64,000 nt of DNA from an uncultured virus (IMG/VR IMGVR_UViG_3300028114_000011) (Duplodnaviria; Heunggongvirae; Uroviricota; Caudoviricetes), in the IMG/VR virus record IMGVR_UViG_3300028114_000011, positions 1 through 64,000 of that record; one strand, 5' to 3'. The notes below the pieces were generated by a model. It saw nothing but the letters and a program-made list of their open reading frames with translations. It was not told the DNA's origin and did no database searches. The first letter of the stretch is position 1, and each line of letters begins with the position of its first letter. The position numbers and the translations under genes are program-made. Shown one piece after another: positions 26,479-35,504 of this stretch.

Positions 26479-28851
26479 TTACAAAACTTTTGACACATTA
26501 TTTTCTTTTTTTATTTTCACAACACTATCATTCCATTGATTCACGAGCGGATTGTGACTTATAACGAAGATTTTATCAAAGTATTCTTTAATCTTAATGA
26601 AGAACTCAGCAACCATTTCCAAGTTGTCATTACTGATTTTACCGAATACCTCATCAAACACAATTACGTTGGGTTTGGGTAAACTACATATCTTACTTAA
26701 CACTGAACGAAGAGCAAGGGCCGCAATTGTTCTTTCAAATCCTGAACCAGAAACCATTAGTTTTTCAATTCCTGTTCCATTATCAATCATCATAAACTCT
26801 ACCTCATTTTTGTCTGAAATTCTAATTTCAAGTTTAAAGTATGAACTATCTTCCATTAATCTTTGAAGTTCTGAGTTGATGAGTGGCATCATAGTTTTCA
26901 TTATCATTTTAGAAATGCCATTTTTACCAAATAGTTCCAAATATATTTTGTATATTTTTTCTTTTTCTTCCTCTTCTTTAATCCTTATTATCAACTTTTT
27001 GTTGTTTTCTATTTTTTCGTCAATAGTGGTGATACTAAACTTATTGTTGGATATTGTGTTATTAATATTACTTTTTTGAATTTCAAGTTCATCTAATCTT
27101 AAATCGGCTTTTATTAACATAGATTCAATTTTTTGATTTTCTTGAATTTTATCTTGAATTTCTTCCCAACTTTTGATTTTTTGTTTTAGGTTTTCAATTT
27201 TTAAATCACAAGACTCAACACTTACTTCATACTTTTCTTTTATAAGTTTGTTTTTTTCATATTCATCAAACTCTTTTTTTAACTGAACAAAACTTTGTTC
27301 TTTGCGGGATAAATCCTGCATAAGTGTCGTTTTTGTGGTTTTGTGCACGATAAGTCCATCTAACTCTGCAATTTTAGCATTTGTAATTGCGGCATTCATT
27401 AATTCAATTCCACAATGTTCACACTTGATGCCTCCTTCTACTTCAGACTTCAACTTGTTAATTGATGCAATTTCTGTATCAATATGAACTACTTCTTTAT
27501 AAACCTCGTTGTATTGTTCTTTAACCTCATCGTGTTTATCCTCGTGATAAAACTCACTTGGTTCAACAACTTTAAGTTCGTTGATTTTAGAAATATAACC
27601 CTTCTTTTCAAAATCAATTGCATTGATTTCTTCTTGAGTTTTTGTTGGATTTAAAAGTAATAGTTCTTTATCAATATTAGAATGTTTTTTCTTTAACATG
27701 TCGTCACGATAAGTTTTACCTTTTACAATCGCGTCTTCAACATTTTGTAGTTCTGAAACTTTTTCTTCAATTTGAGTTTTGATTTCTTTAATTTTTTCTT
27801 CACTTAATAAAATATCATCTTTTAATTGTTGTGAAGAATAAACGTTTGACATTTTTGATTTAGAAAAATCCCCGTAAACTTCTTTTGCAACTTCTTCTTT
27901 TTTCTTTAGAAATTCTAATCCCATAAATCTTGAAAGGACCTGACCTCTCGCCGTTGGTTTTGCTTCCAATAATTCCTCAAGGTTTGATGCTGTTGTAAGA
28001 ATGGTCATTAAGAAGTCTTCTTTTGTCCCAATAGAAGATTTGATGAACGCTTCAGTTTCTCTTCTTTGTTCTCCTGTAAAGTTTTGTAAACTCCCATCTG
28101 AAAGTTTTTTAAAGAAATCTAACTCAGTTTTTACATTCCATTCACCTTTCTTAGACATTTTACGTTCAATGTTCCTAACTATAACGTAATCCTCACCATC
28201 TATTGAAACTTCACCTTTAACGTGTACTTTATCTTTTGTTGTAAACCTGTTAAATATTTCTTCAGCCTTTGTTGTTTTTGTTGTTTCATTAAAGAACAAA
28301 AACATTAAAAGGTCCACAGATAAAACGGTTTTCCCGCCAAAGTTAGGTGGGTCTGACTCAACAACTACAATACCATTAAGTTTTTCAAAATCTAATTTTT
28401 GATTTTCTCCGTAAGATAAAAAGTTTGAAAACTCAATGTTTTTAATATACCACTTTTTGAATTGTGTGGTCTCTTCTTGTTTTTCTATTATTTTGTTTTC
28501 AACTATTCTATTAATTGTTAATACATCATCTAAATTAGAAAAAAGACCTCTGTTTTCCAAGAATTGTTTAATCAAACCAAGTTGGTAGTTTGTATCAGTT
28601 ATGTTTACCGACACATCAACACTTTGAGTTTCCTCCGTATTTGTTGTTTTTGCTTTAGTTAAGACATTAACATTAGTGGTGTTATACTTTTTAGAAAAGT
28701 AATGTTTAACCGACTTTATTTTATCTTGCGTAAAGTTTTCTGGTAAATCTTCCCAAACAACTTGAATAGTTGGATTTATAAACTTTGAAAAATCAAGGTC
28801 CTTAATCATAATTTTATAGTTGAAATGTTTTGGTGGATTAAATAAATCCAT
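26479..28851 (-). CDS. SbcC/Rad50 (gp46-like) recombination ATPase
   Basis: NFLSYG, NFGGKT Walker A, coiled coils with CEHC hook, SGFE signature, VFDEVF Walker B, VISH. Confidence 0.92.
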   Translation of the reverse strand: MDLFNPPKHFNYKIMIKDLDFSKFINPTIQVVWEDLPENFTQDKIKSVKHYFSKKYNTTNVNVLTKAKTTNTEETQSVDVSVNITDTNYQLGLIKQFLENRGLFSNLDDVLTINRIVENKIIEKQEETTQFKKWYIKNIEFSNFLSYGENQKLDFEKLNGIVVVESDPPNFGGKTVLSVDLLMFLFFNETTKTTKAEEIFNRFTTKDKVHVKGEVSIDGEDYVIVRNIERKMSKKGEWNVKTELDFFKKLSDGSLQNFTGEQRRETEAFIKSSIGTKEDFLMTILTTASNLEELLEAKPTARGQVLSRFMGLEFLKKKEEVAKEVYGDFSKSKMSNVYSSQQLKDDILLSEEKIKEIKTQIEEKVSELQNVEDAIVKGKTYRDDMLKKKHSNIDKELLLLNPTKTQEEINAIDFEKKGYISKINELKVVEPSEFYHEDKHDEVKEQYNEVYKEVVHIDTEIASINKLKSEVEGGIKCEHCGIELMNAAITNAKIAELDGLIVHKTTKTTLMQDLSRKEQSFVQLKKEFDEYEKNKLIKEKYEVSVESCDLKIENLKQKIKSWEEIQDKIQENQKIESMLIKADLRLDELEIQKSNINNTISNNKFSITTIDEKIENNKKLIIRIKEEEEKEKIYKIYLELFGKNGISKMIMKTMMPLINSELQRLMEDSSYFKLEIRISDKNEVEFMMIDNGTGIEKLMVSGSGFERTIAALALRSVLSKICSLPKPNVIVFDEVFGKISNDNLEMVAEFFIKIKEYFDKIFVISHNPLVNQWNDSVVKIKKENNVSKVL

Positions 28852-28858
28852 TTTTTAT

Positions 28859-29110
28859 TTAGTCGTTTTCGGTTACATTGTGAAATCCAGCAACTTCAAT
28901 TTTTGAACCATCAGGTAGTGTAGTATCTAAATCTTCATTTAAATCATTTGATTCAGTATCTCCGCTAATTTCGGAAAAACTTTCTTTTAATTCCTCCATC
29001 TTTTTTTCAAACATTTCATTCCATTTTTTCTTTAAAATGTTTTCTTCGTGTTTTACTCTGTTGTTTCTTTTTTGAACTTTTGCTTTATGTGCTTTTGCCG
29101 CTTTTCCCAT
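28859..29110 (-). CDS. Hypothetical protein
   Basis: 83-aa ORF. Confidence 0.65.
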   Translation of the reverse strand: MGKAAKAHKAKVQKRNNRVKHEENILKKKWNEMFEKKMEELKESFSEISGDTESNDLNEDLDTTLPDGSKIEVAGFHNVTEND

Positions 29111-29130
29111 TTTTATATTATTTAATTATT

Positions 29131-29478
29131 TTATTGATTACTAGGTCTGTTTTGTTCATACCACTCAACAATTGCATTGATTGCCCAAACGGCCCCTGAT
29201 GATAGTATTCCGTCAAAAAACCAAGAACACCATAAGGGTGTGTTAAACATAACATTTGTTGGTGAATAAATCAACAGGGATAATACAAACCCTCCCCAAG
29301 TTGAAAAACACATAGGGCAAGATAATATTCCTGAAATAAATTCACCTAAAGAACTTAAAGGTGTATATTTGTTTTCACCCCATTTATGGAAAAAATTCCT
29401 TAATCCTTGAAAGATTGAACCATAAACCATTATGTTCATCAAACCATAACTTAAAATAAACCAAACTACAATACTCAT
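29131..29478 (-). CDS. Membrane protein, DUF1360-like
   Basis: TM helices with an LSCPMCFSTW motif. Confidence 0.6.
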   Translation of the reverse strand: MSIVVWFILSYGLMNIMVYGSIFQGLRNFFHKWGENKYTPLSSLGEFISGILSCPMCFSTWGGFVLSLLIYSPTNVMFNTPLWCSWFFDGILSSGAVWAINAIVEWYEQNRPSNQ

Positions 29479-29490
29479 ATTTTTTATTTT

Positions 29491-30141
29491 TTAACTGTTT
29501 AGATTAGAACTACCATGAAATCTAGCATTTATAAAACTATTATTCTTTGATTGTTCTGATAACTTTTTTTCTAATTCTTTATTTTTATTTTTTAATTCTC
29601 TTATCTCTTCATTCAATTTTTGAATTGTTTGTTGAAAAAGAGCAACTTTATCATCCCCCACATTTTGTTTAGAAATGTCTAAACTTTGTCTAAGTTTGTC
29701 TAATTCTTCATTTTTTTTAGACATTTCGTTTTCCAACTGTTGTATTTTTAACAACAGTTCATTTTCACCACTTTTGTCACTTATATATTCAATTTTTGTG
29801 ACAACTTTTTCTACTGGAACTTCAACAATCTTTTCAACTTCTTTAATGACCTCAACAATTTTCTCCACCTCTTTTATCACTTCAACAGGAATTTCCACTC
29901 GTTTTTCAACAATTAACTCCTTTATTACCTGTTTTTCTTCAATACTACTCGTTTTTAAGTCTTTTTCACTATCATTAAGTGTTTTTCCCAAAAGTCCATA
30001 TCTTTTAATATCGAACCCTTGTTTAAAACATAGATACATGAAGTTGTCAATATCTTTTATATTTTCATCTTCACAAAATGCAAAAACCGTCTGAAATATT
30101 TCCTTACTAAATATTTTGGAGTTTTTCTGTTCCATTTTCAA
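29491..30141 (-). CDS. Coiled-coil protein with VEVIKEVEKI repeats
   Basis: 216-aa ORF. Confidence 0.7.
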   Translation of the reverse strand: MKMEQKNSKIFSKEIFQTVFAFCEDENIKDIDNFMYLCFKQGFDIKRYGLLGKTLNDSEKDLKTSSIEEKQVIKELIVEKRVEIPVEVIKEVEKIVEVIKEVEKIVEVPVEKVVTKIEYISDKSGENELLLKIQQLENEMSKKNEELDKLRQSLDISKQNVGDDKVALFQQTIQKLNEEIRELKNKNKELEKKLSEQSKNNSFINARFHGSSNLNS

Positions 30142-30764
30142 TATCTTTTTTCTAAATTTTCAAACCACCATAAAGGTTGTAAATTCGTATAATGACATAA
30201 GTCATATATTTCATCTTGTGTTTTACCACTTATGAGTGGAATAATATGGTCAATGTGCCACCCATTTAGACCATAGTTTTCCCAACTCATCCCTTCTTTG
30301 AATTGTTTTTCAAGGTGTTCTTTTAATTTAATTGGTTCACACCCAACTATGTCAAATGTTGAGTTACTTTTTGTTATGTTTTTACTTTTTAAAAAATTCT
30401 TAATCCTACTTCTAACATTACACCTTATTTTAAAAACATCGTCATATTTTTTTCTCTCTTTAGCGTAATTATTAATTTTTTCTTTATTATTTTCTCGATA
30501 TTTTTTAGCTCGTATTTTTTGTTCGTCTTTAGTTTTTTCTCTGTATTTTTTCTTAGTCTCTTTGTGTTTTTTAAGATTTCTGAAATACGTTTCTTTGTTC
30601 CAATTGTTAATTTTTTCTTTATTTATTTTTCTGTAAGAATTAATTCTAATTCTTGTGCAAATTTTACATTCATTTCTTACACCATCTTTTGAGTCTTTTC
30701 TTAAATGAAAATCATTTAAGGTTTTTTCAATATTACAAATGTTACAAATCTTTGTATTTTTCAT
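30138..30764 (-). CDS. HNH homing endonuclease
   Basis: N-terminal CxxC...CxxC; C-terminal GMSWENYG...WHIDHIIP...CHYTNLQPLW..EN. Confidence 0.88.
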   Translation of the reverse strand: MKNTKICNICNIEKTLNDFHLRKDSKDGVRNECKICTRIRINSYRKINKEKINNWNKETYFRNLKKHKETKKKYREKTKDEQKIRAKKYRENNKEKINNYAKERKKYDDVFKIRCNVRSRIKNFLKSKNITKSNSTFDIVGCEPIKLKEHLEKQFKEGMSWENYGLNGWHIDHIIPLISGKTQDEIYDLCHYTNLQPLWWFENLEKRY

Positions 30765-30903
30765 TTTTATAATCTTTAAGAAGTTTATTTACTAATGAAG
30801 ACAAGTTAATGTGTAAAGAACGATAAAATTTTAATAATTCAGGTTCAAGCGCAACCGATACTTTTGTTTTTTTATCTTCATCTTTTATTTTCAATCTTCC
30901 CAT
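30742..30903 (-). CDS. Ribbon-helix-helix-like small protein (53 aa)
   Basis: MGRLKIKDEDKKTKVSVALEPELLKFYRSLHINLSSLVNKLLKDY...; overlaps the HNH start. Confidence 0.6.
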   Translation of the reverse strand: MGRLKIKDEDKKTKVSVALEPELLKFYRSLHINLSSLVNKLLKDYKNEKYKDL

Positions 30904-30948
30904 ATAATATAAATATCTTAATAAATTAAAAAGTGTGAATATTATTAA

Positions 30949-31728
30949 TTAAATATTTAATAATTTTTCAGTTCCATTTTCAATATCTTCAAATGAATTA
31001 ATTGAAAATTTTAAAAAAGGTTTAGGGTTTGGTAAATCGACATAAGAATATTCTTTTGTGTTAACATCATAAATTCCATAACCATGTCTTCCAATACTTT
31101 CTCCAATGTTCTGTTGAATTGGTGAACCGACCATATATCCTTTTCCTGTTTTGAATTTGAACTCTTGTCTTTTGTGAATATCTCCACATAAGACAACTTC
31201 AAGACCATCAAACTTTTCAACATCGTATGCTTCTTCACCAAAGTCAAACCCTAAATCAGTTTTCATTCCTTGTATTGGTCCGTGAAATAAACCAATTCTC
31301 ACACCTTTAGCATCTGTAATATCTGGTGGAATGTTTCCTTGAAATTGCGAATATACGCACCAACTAATATTGTCGTCCTCATAAACACCTCTATCTTTAT
31401 AATAAACAATATTCTTACTATTCAAGGAATTGATAATTGGTGATAACGCATCCAATCTATCTAAATTATTTAAAATTGCATCATGGTTTCCAGGTATAAT
31501 AATTGTTTTACAAATAAACGAACATTCAGTTAAAACCCATCTAACCATTTCAATAAGTTCAGGTGTCATTTGATTTTTAGAATGAACAAGGTCACCGGTA
31601 AAAATAATTCTATCGGGCCCCAATTCTTTCCATTGTTCAATTGCGTTTTCCAAAATTGACCTATACAAATCGTGGTCTTTGAAAAGACGAATATGTAAAT
31701 CTGAAAAGTGAACTAGTTTTTTAATCAT
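30949..31728 (-). CDS. SbcD/Mre11 (gp47-like) metallophosphoesterase nuclease
   Basis: SDLH, GDLVH, GNHD, FHG, GDIH motifs. Confidence 0.92.
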   Translation of the reverse strand: MIKKLVHFSDLHIRLFKDHDLYRSILENAIEQWKELGPDRIIFTGDLVHSKNQMTPELIEMVRWVLTECSFICKTIIIPGNHDAILNNLDRLDALSPIINSLNSKNIVYYKDRGVYEDDNISWCVYSQFQGNIPPDITDAKGVRIGLFHGPIQGMKTDLGFDFGEEAYDVEKFDGLEVVLCGDIHKRQEFKFKTGKGYMVGSPIQQNIGESIGRHGYGIYDVNTKEYSYVDLPNPKPFLKFSINSFEDIENGTEKLLNI

Positions 31729-31963
31729 TTAATTGTGTTTTATCTCCGCAGTATATTTCGTATGGTGGTTTGAATGGGTCATCATTTTTTGGAAAAGGGT
31801 TAATTGGTATTGGTACGCGGTATGGTTCAGTTATTCCAATCTTTGGTTCATCTTTTACTTCCCCCATTTTTTCCACAATAGGTGTGATATCTATGTGTTT
31901 GTTTTCAAGTTTACCGGTTAAATACCCTTCTAACCAAATATAAAATTCTTTATAACTTAACAT
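31721..31963 (-). CDS. Hypothetical protein
   Basis: 80-aa ORF. Confidence 0.65.
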   Translation of the reverse strand: MLSYKEFYIWLEGYLTGKLENKHIDITPIVEKMGEVKDEPKIGITEPYRVPIPINPFPKNDDPFKPPYEIYCGDKTQLND

Positions 31964-32106
31964 AATTCTCTACAATAAAGGTTTGCCAATACAATTCTTG
32001 CGAACTTAAATTCTTTTGCTCTGTTTAATTTTAATCCATAAGCAAGTGCCACAGTTTTAAGGTGAGGATATGCTTGTGATACTGTCATTTTTCCTATTTC
32101 TATCAT
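31957..32106 (-). CDS. Small hypothetical protein (49 aa)
   Basis: MIEIGKMTVSQAYPHLKTVALAYGLKLNRAKEFKFARIVLANLYCRELC, overlapping both neighbours. Confidence 0.55.
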   Translation of the reverse strand: MIEIGKMTVSQAYPHLKTVALAYGLKLNRAKEFKFARIVLANLYCRELC

Positions 32107-32321
32107 TTTTCAAATAATTGTAAGTCTTTGTTAACGTGACCACAATCATTACACATATATGTTGGAAATGGTACAATCGTATCTTCGTGACTACCTGTTA
32201 GTAATTTTGAAACTTTTTTTAATAAAGTAATTTCTTTAAAGTATGTTGATTCACACTTTTCACACTTGACGGTTTCTTGCTGTCGTAAGTCTATTTTGGG
32301 TCTAATAATTTCTTCACTCAT
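32103..32321 (-). CDS. Zinc-ribbon protein
   Basis: CEKC...CNDC. Confidence 0.7.
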   Translation of the reverse strand: MSEEIIRPKIDLRQQETVKCEKCESTYFKEITLLKKVSKLLTGSHEDTIVPFPTYMCNDCGHVNKDLQLFEK

Positions 32322-32324
32322 AAT

Positions 32325-32573
32325 TTAATAATTTACAATTTCTTCTTCCTCGTTGGAGTATTTTTGTTTTATCATTTCAGTATTGAATGTAAATTCATCC
32401 ACTAAATTAGACTCAGAACCACCTTCAATGGTTTCTTCATACATTATTTGATTGAAATGTTCAAGAATTTCTTCTTCACTTTTTCCTTGTAAGTTTGGAT
32501 AATCCTCCAAATTAATTTCAATCGGCCCATAGGATTCAAAAACCGAATAAGTTTTGGTCATATAAATTTTCAT
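32325..32573 (-). CDS. Hypothetical protein
   Basis: 82-aa ORF. Confidence 0.6.
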   Translation of the reverse strand: MKIYMTKTYSVFESYGPIEINLEDYPNLQGKSEEEILEHFNQIMYEETIEGGSESNLVDEFTFNTEMIKQKYSNEEEEIVNY

Positions 32574-32678
32574 TTGATTATATAATTAACGTTTATTTTA
32601 AATTTTATTAAATGGTCCCAACTTGTTGTTGTGTACCATAGTGGTGTAATATTTTTTTCCATACTAAAAGATAATTTA

Positions 32679-33545
32679 TTAATTTATTTTTGTCAAATAC
32701 TTTGTCATATCCATTTTTAAAATAATATCAACAACTTCTTTTGGAATGCGGTATTCTTTAAACTCAGTATCTTCTTTTAAATGCACAATTACCCCTCCAA
32801 GTAATGGTGTATTTTCATATTTACTACCTTCTAACATTTTCAAAAGTAATTTACCATAAAAAGGTAATTGTGTGTTGTAATGTCCAAGAGCATTATTTGG
32901 AAGGTTTTCAAATGGTTTTTTCATAGGTTTTGTAAAATTATTAATCTCCATATTTTTTTCCTTATTTGTTTTCCAATCTGTAATCACAAACCCAAAACCG
33001 GTTTTTTGTTTATTAAACATAATCCAAACCTTATCAGGTTGACCGGTATAACCAAGTTCGGGATGACCTAAAACAATTTCCGTATCAAGTAATACAGCAC
33101 CTCTTTCTTCCATAAGTGATAAAAACTTTTTACCACCCTTAATCATTTTATCCCCTTTCATAACAAGTTCCAAATCACATTCAAAAAGTGGTTGTCTAAC
33201 TTCCTTATCAATTTTGAATCTGTTTATTGTTTCCAATTCCAACTCATAGTGAACTCTACTTCCCATATTAGTTGATATTAAACCACTTTGTTTCCATTCT
33301 TCTAAATAGGTATGAGTCAAATATGGGTCACCTTTTGCCATTCTTCTTGCAACTTCCTCTGATGGAAATTCATCATAAAACAATTTCATAACTTTTGATA
33401 CAGATGGAAAGTCGTCTCTTACTTCACCATTAATATCCAACATAGTATATCTATGTTTATCTTCTTCAAAAGTTAATTGAAACTCACTTTGTTTTTGAGT
33501 TATTATTTCTCTTATTTCTTTTGCTATTTTTTTTAAATCTATCAT
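32679..33545 (-). CDS. PD-(D/E)XK exonuclease
   Basis: PSVS, GSRVH, GQPD, ITDWKT and YNTQLPFY motifs. Confidence 0.85.
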   Translation of the reverse strand: MIDLKKIAKEIREIITQKQSEFQLTFEEDKHRYTMLDINGEVRDDFPSVSKVMKLFYDEFPSEEVARRMAKGDPYLTHTYLEEWKQSGLISTNMGSRVHYELELETINRFKIDKEVRQPLFECDLELVMKGDKMIKGGKKFLSLMEERGAVLLDTEIVLGHPELGYTGQPDKVWIMFNKQKTGFGFVITDWKTNKEKNMEINNFTKPMKKPFENLPNNALGHYNTQLPFYGKLLLKMLEGSKYENTPLLGGVIVHLKEDTEFKEYRIPKEVVDIILKMDMTKYLTKIN

Positions 33546-34459
33546 TTGAATTCTACGTAATATTTTTCAATGTCACCTCTAAGGTCACATACATCTTTAT
33601 CTTTTGGTAGTTTTACTAACTTTACTCTATTGTAAAGTGCACCACCATTTAATTTATCATATAAGTTTTTTGCGTCAGTGTAAGCATCACCATCCAAACA
33701 AACTATTATATTCTTTTTTGCTTTGGTATATAATTTTTCCCAAAGATTGTCATTTAAAAACTTTCCTAATAAACAAATAGAATTATCTAAAAAGAAACTA
33801 TCAAACACCCCCTCAACCAAGTATATGTCTTTTTTCCAATCAATTAAACTTTCATTAAAAATTAGAAAATCCTTTGATGCTTCGGGGTTTTTGTATTTTA
33901 ATTTACTTCGTGGGTTCCAAGACCTTGATACAAAAAAGTTGAGTTCTCCTTTTTTATCAAACGAGGGGACTACTATTCTTCCTGCATATTCACCTTCCAA
34001 ACAGAAACCAATTTGATATTTTTCAATTATATAATCGGAAATTCCCCGTTTATGTAGGTAATTTATGGCTTCTTTTCTTGGAATATGGAGTGGGTGGACC
34101 TCATCAAACTTTTTGTATTCTTTTGGTAGTTCAAGTTTTTTATAAACCTTTTCTTTTTTTTCAAACTCATCGGGTCTGATTAACTTATAGATTTTTTTAT
34201 CTTTTTTTGAACCAAACTTATCAATAAGTTTTCCTAAATGTCCGTGAGTACCGTGTGTTTCAGAACAACCCCAGCATTTATAAACGTGTTGTTGATAATT
34301 GATTTCAAGATTACCTTTTCCATCTGTCTTATCCATTCCTTTTATCTCGTGTGAACATACAGGACAATCTACCGAAATTTGTCCTCTAATTTCATTTACC
34401 ATCTTTGGTTCTCCAAAAATGTTTGTTATAAGGTCTATGATTAATTCTTCAGCTTCCAC
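33542..34459 (-). CDS. DNA primase (Zn finger plus TOPRIM)
   Basis: CPVC...CWGC, YLHKRGI, RIVVPS, LVEGVFD, LDGD. Confidence 0.9.
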   Translation of the reverse strand: MEAEELIIDLITNIFGEPKMVNEIRGQISVDCPVCSHEIKGMDKTDGKGNLEINYQQHVYKCWGCSETHGTHGHLGKLIDKFGSKKDKKIYKLIRPDEFEKKEKVYKKLELPKEYKKFDEVHPLHIPRKEAINYLHKRGISDYIIEKYQIGFCLEGEYAGRIVVPSFDKKGELNFFVSRSWNPRSKLKYKNPEASKDFLIFNESLIDWKKDIYLVEGVFDSFFLDNSICLLGKFLNDNLWEKLYTKAKKNIIVCLDGDAYTDAKNLYDKLNGGALYNRVKLVKLPKDKDVCDLRGDIEKYYVEFK

Positions 34460-34498
34460 CCTTTAAAGATAAGAATTATAGGGTAAATGTCAATTAAC

Positions 34499-34526
34499 AA
34501 AAAAACCCACCTTTGAGGGGTGGGTT
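34499..34526 (-). terminator. Intrinsic terminator
   Basis: AACCCACC/GGTGGGTT stem followed by a T run on the minus strand. Confidence 0.7.
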
Positions 34527-34544
34527 ACTCTAATTTTATTTTAT

Positions 34545-35018
34545 TTACCTATTTCCATCAAAAAAAATCAATTCTTGTCTACAAAATAATTGATAATTTT
34601 TTTTCTTACCGTCAGTTTTAACCATTATTCTTTGTTCATAATCAACCCTACCATTCACGTCCATATTTTCTGTTGCAGTTCCCCCTTTTACTAATTTTTG
34701 TGTCGCCGTAAAACCAAAAGTTTGACCTGGTTGTACTACAAAAGGTAATTGTTTGTCAGGTCTAATTCTCATATTATCGTTCATAGGTTGAATATCGTAT
34801 ATTGTGATAGGTAATGACCCAGCATTTTTAACTCCTGTAAACTTAAAATCAATTGTGTCTCCAAATTCAACAAGAGTTTTACGTGGATTTATAACTTGCA
34901 ATTGTCCCGTTAATGGTCCCGCATTTCCTCCCATCATTCCAGGATTAGATTGTTCTAAAACAATTCTTCTAACAATTCTTGTTAAATCTGATTCTGTTAA
35001 TCTTACTATTCTTTTCAT
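34545..35018 (-). CDS. Hypothetical protein (RLTESDL leader; Ig-like/DUF1573-like domain)
   Basis: KNAGSLPITI...VVQPGQT pattern after a 20-aa leader. Confidence 0.65.
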   Translation of the reverse strand: MKRIVRLTESDLTRIVRRIVLEQSNPGMMGGNAGPLTGQLQVINPRKTLVEFGDTIDFKFTGVKNAGSLPITIYDIQPMNDNMRIRPDKQLPFVVQPGQTFGFTATQKLVKGGTATENMDVNGRVDYEQRIMVKTDGKKKNYQLFCRQELIFFDGNR

Positions 35019-35030
35019 ACTAAAATATTT

Positions 35031-35444
35031 TTAATAATTCATTCCCCCTCTATCAGGTCGAATTTTATCTGCAATATATTGAAAGTTTTTAATAAATAAA
35101 GTAGCTAAAGTTGCAAAAGTAACAAGACCACCAACAGCAGCAATTTTGTCTGACTTTTTTGTTCTTCTTACTTCTCTTCTGATTTTTCTTCCCGTTCTTC
35201 TAAACCATTGAACTAATTTTTTTAACCATTTTGGTTTTCTTCTTGATAACTCCATTATGTAGTTTTCAGCTTCTTCTTCTGTCATATCTGCAAATAAATT
35301 ATCTACACATCTTTCCATTGCCATATCATTGTTTTCGTCACAATTTTCTATAGCAACTTCAGCTTGCATATTTGTATTTTCGTTAACAATTCTTCTAACA
35401 ATTCTTGTTAAATCTGATTCTGTTAATCTTACTATTCTTTTCAT
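35031..35444 (-). CDS. Hypothetical protein (RLTESDL leader, C-terminal TM)
   Basis: First 20 aa identical to the downstream gene. Confidence 0.7.
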   Translation of the reverse strand: MKRIVRLTESDLTRIVRRIVNENTNMQAEVAIENCDENNDMAMERCVDNLFADMTEEEAENYIMELSRRKPKWLKKLVQWFRRTGRKIRREVRRTKKSDKIAAVGGLVTFATLATLFIKNFQYIADKIRPDRGGMNY

Positions 35445-35504
35445 AATTATTTTTTTTTAGTTATTTTACTATAAATACTTTACAAATACAAAAAAAACCA
35501 ATCT

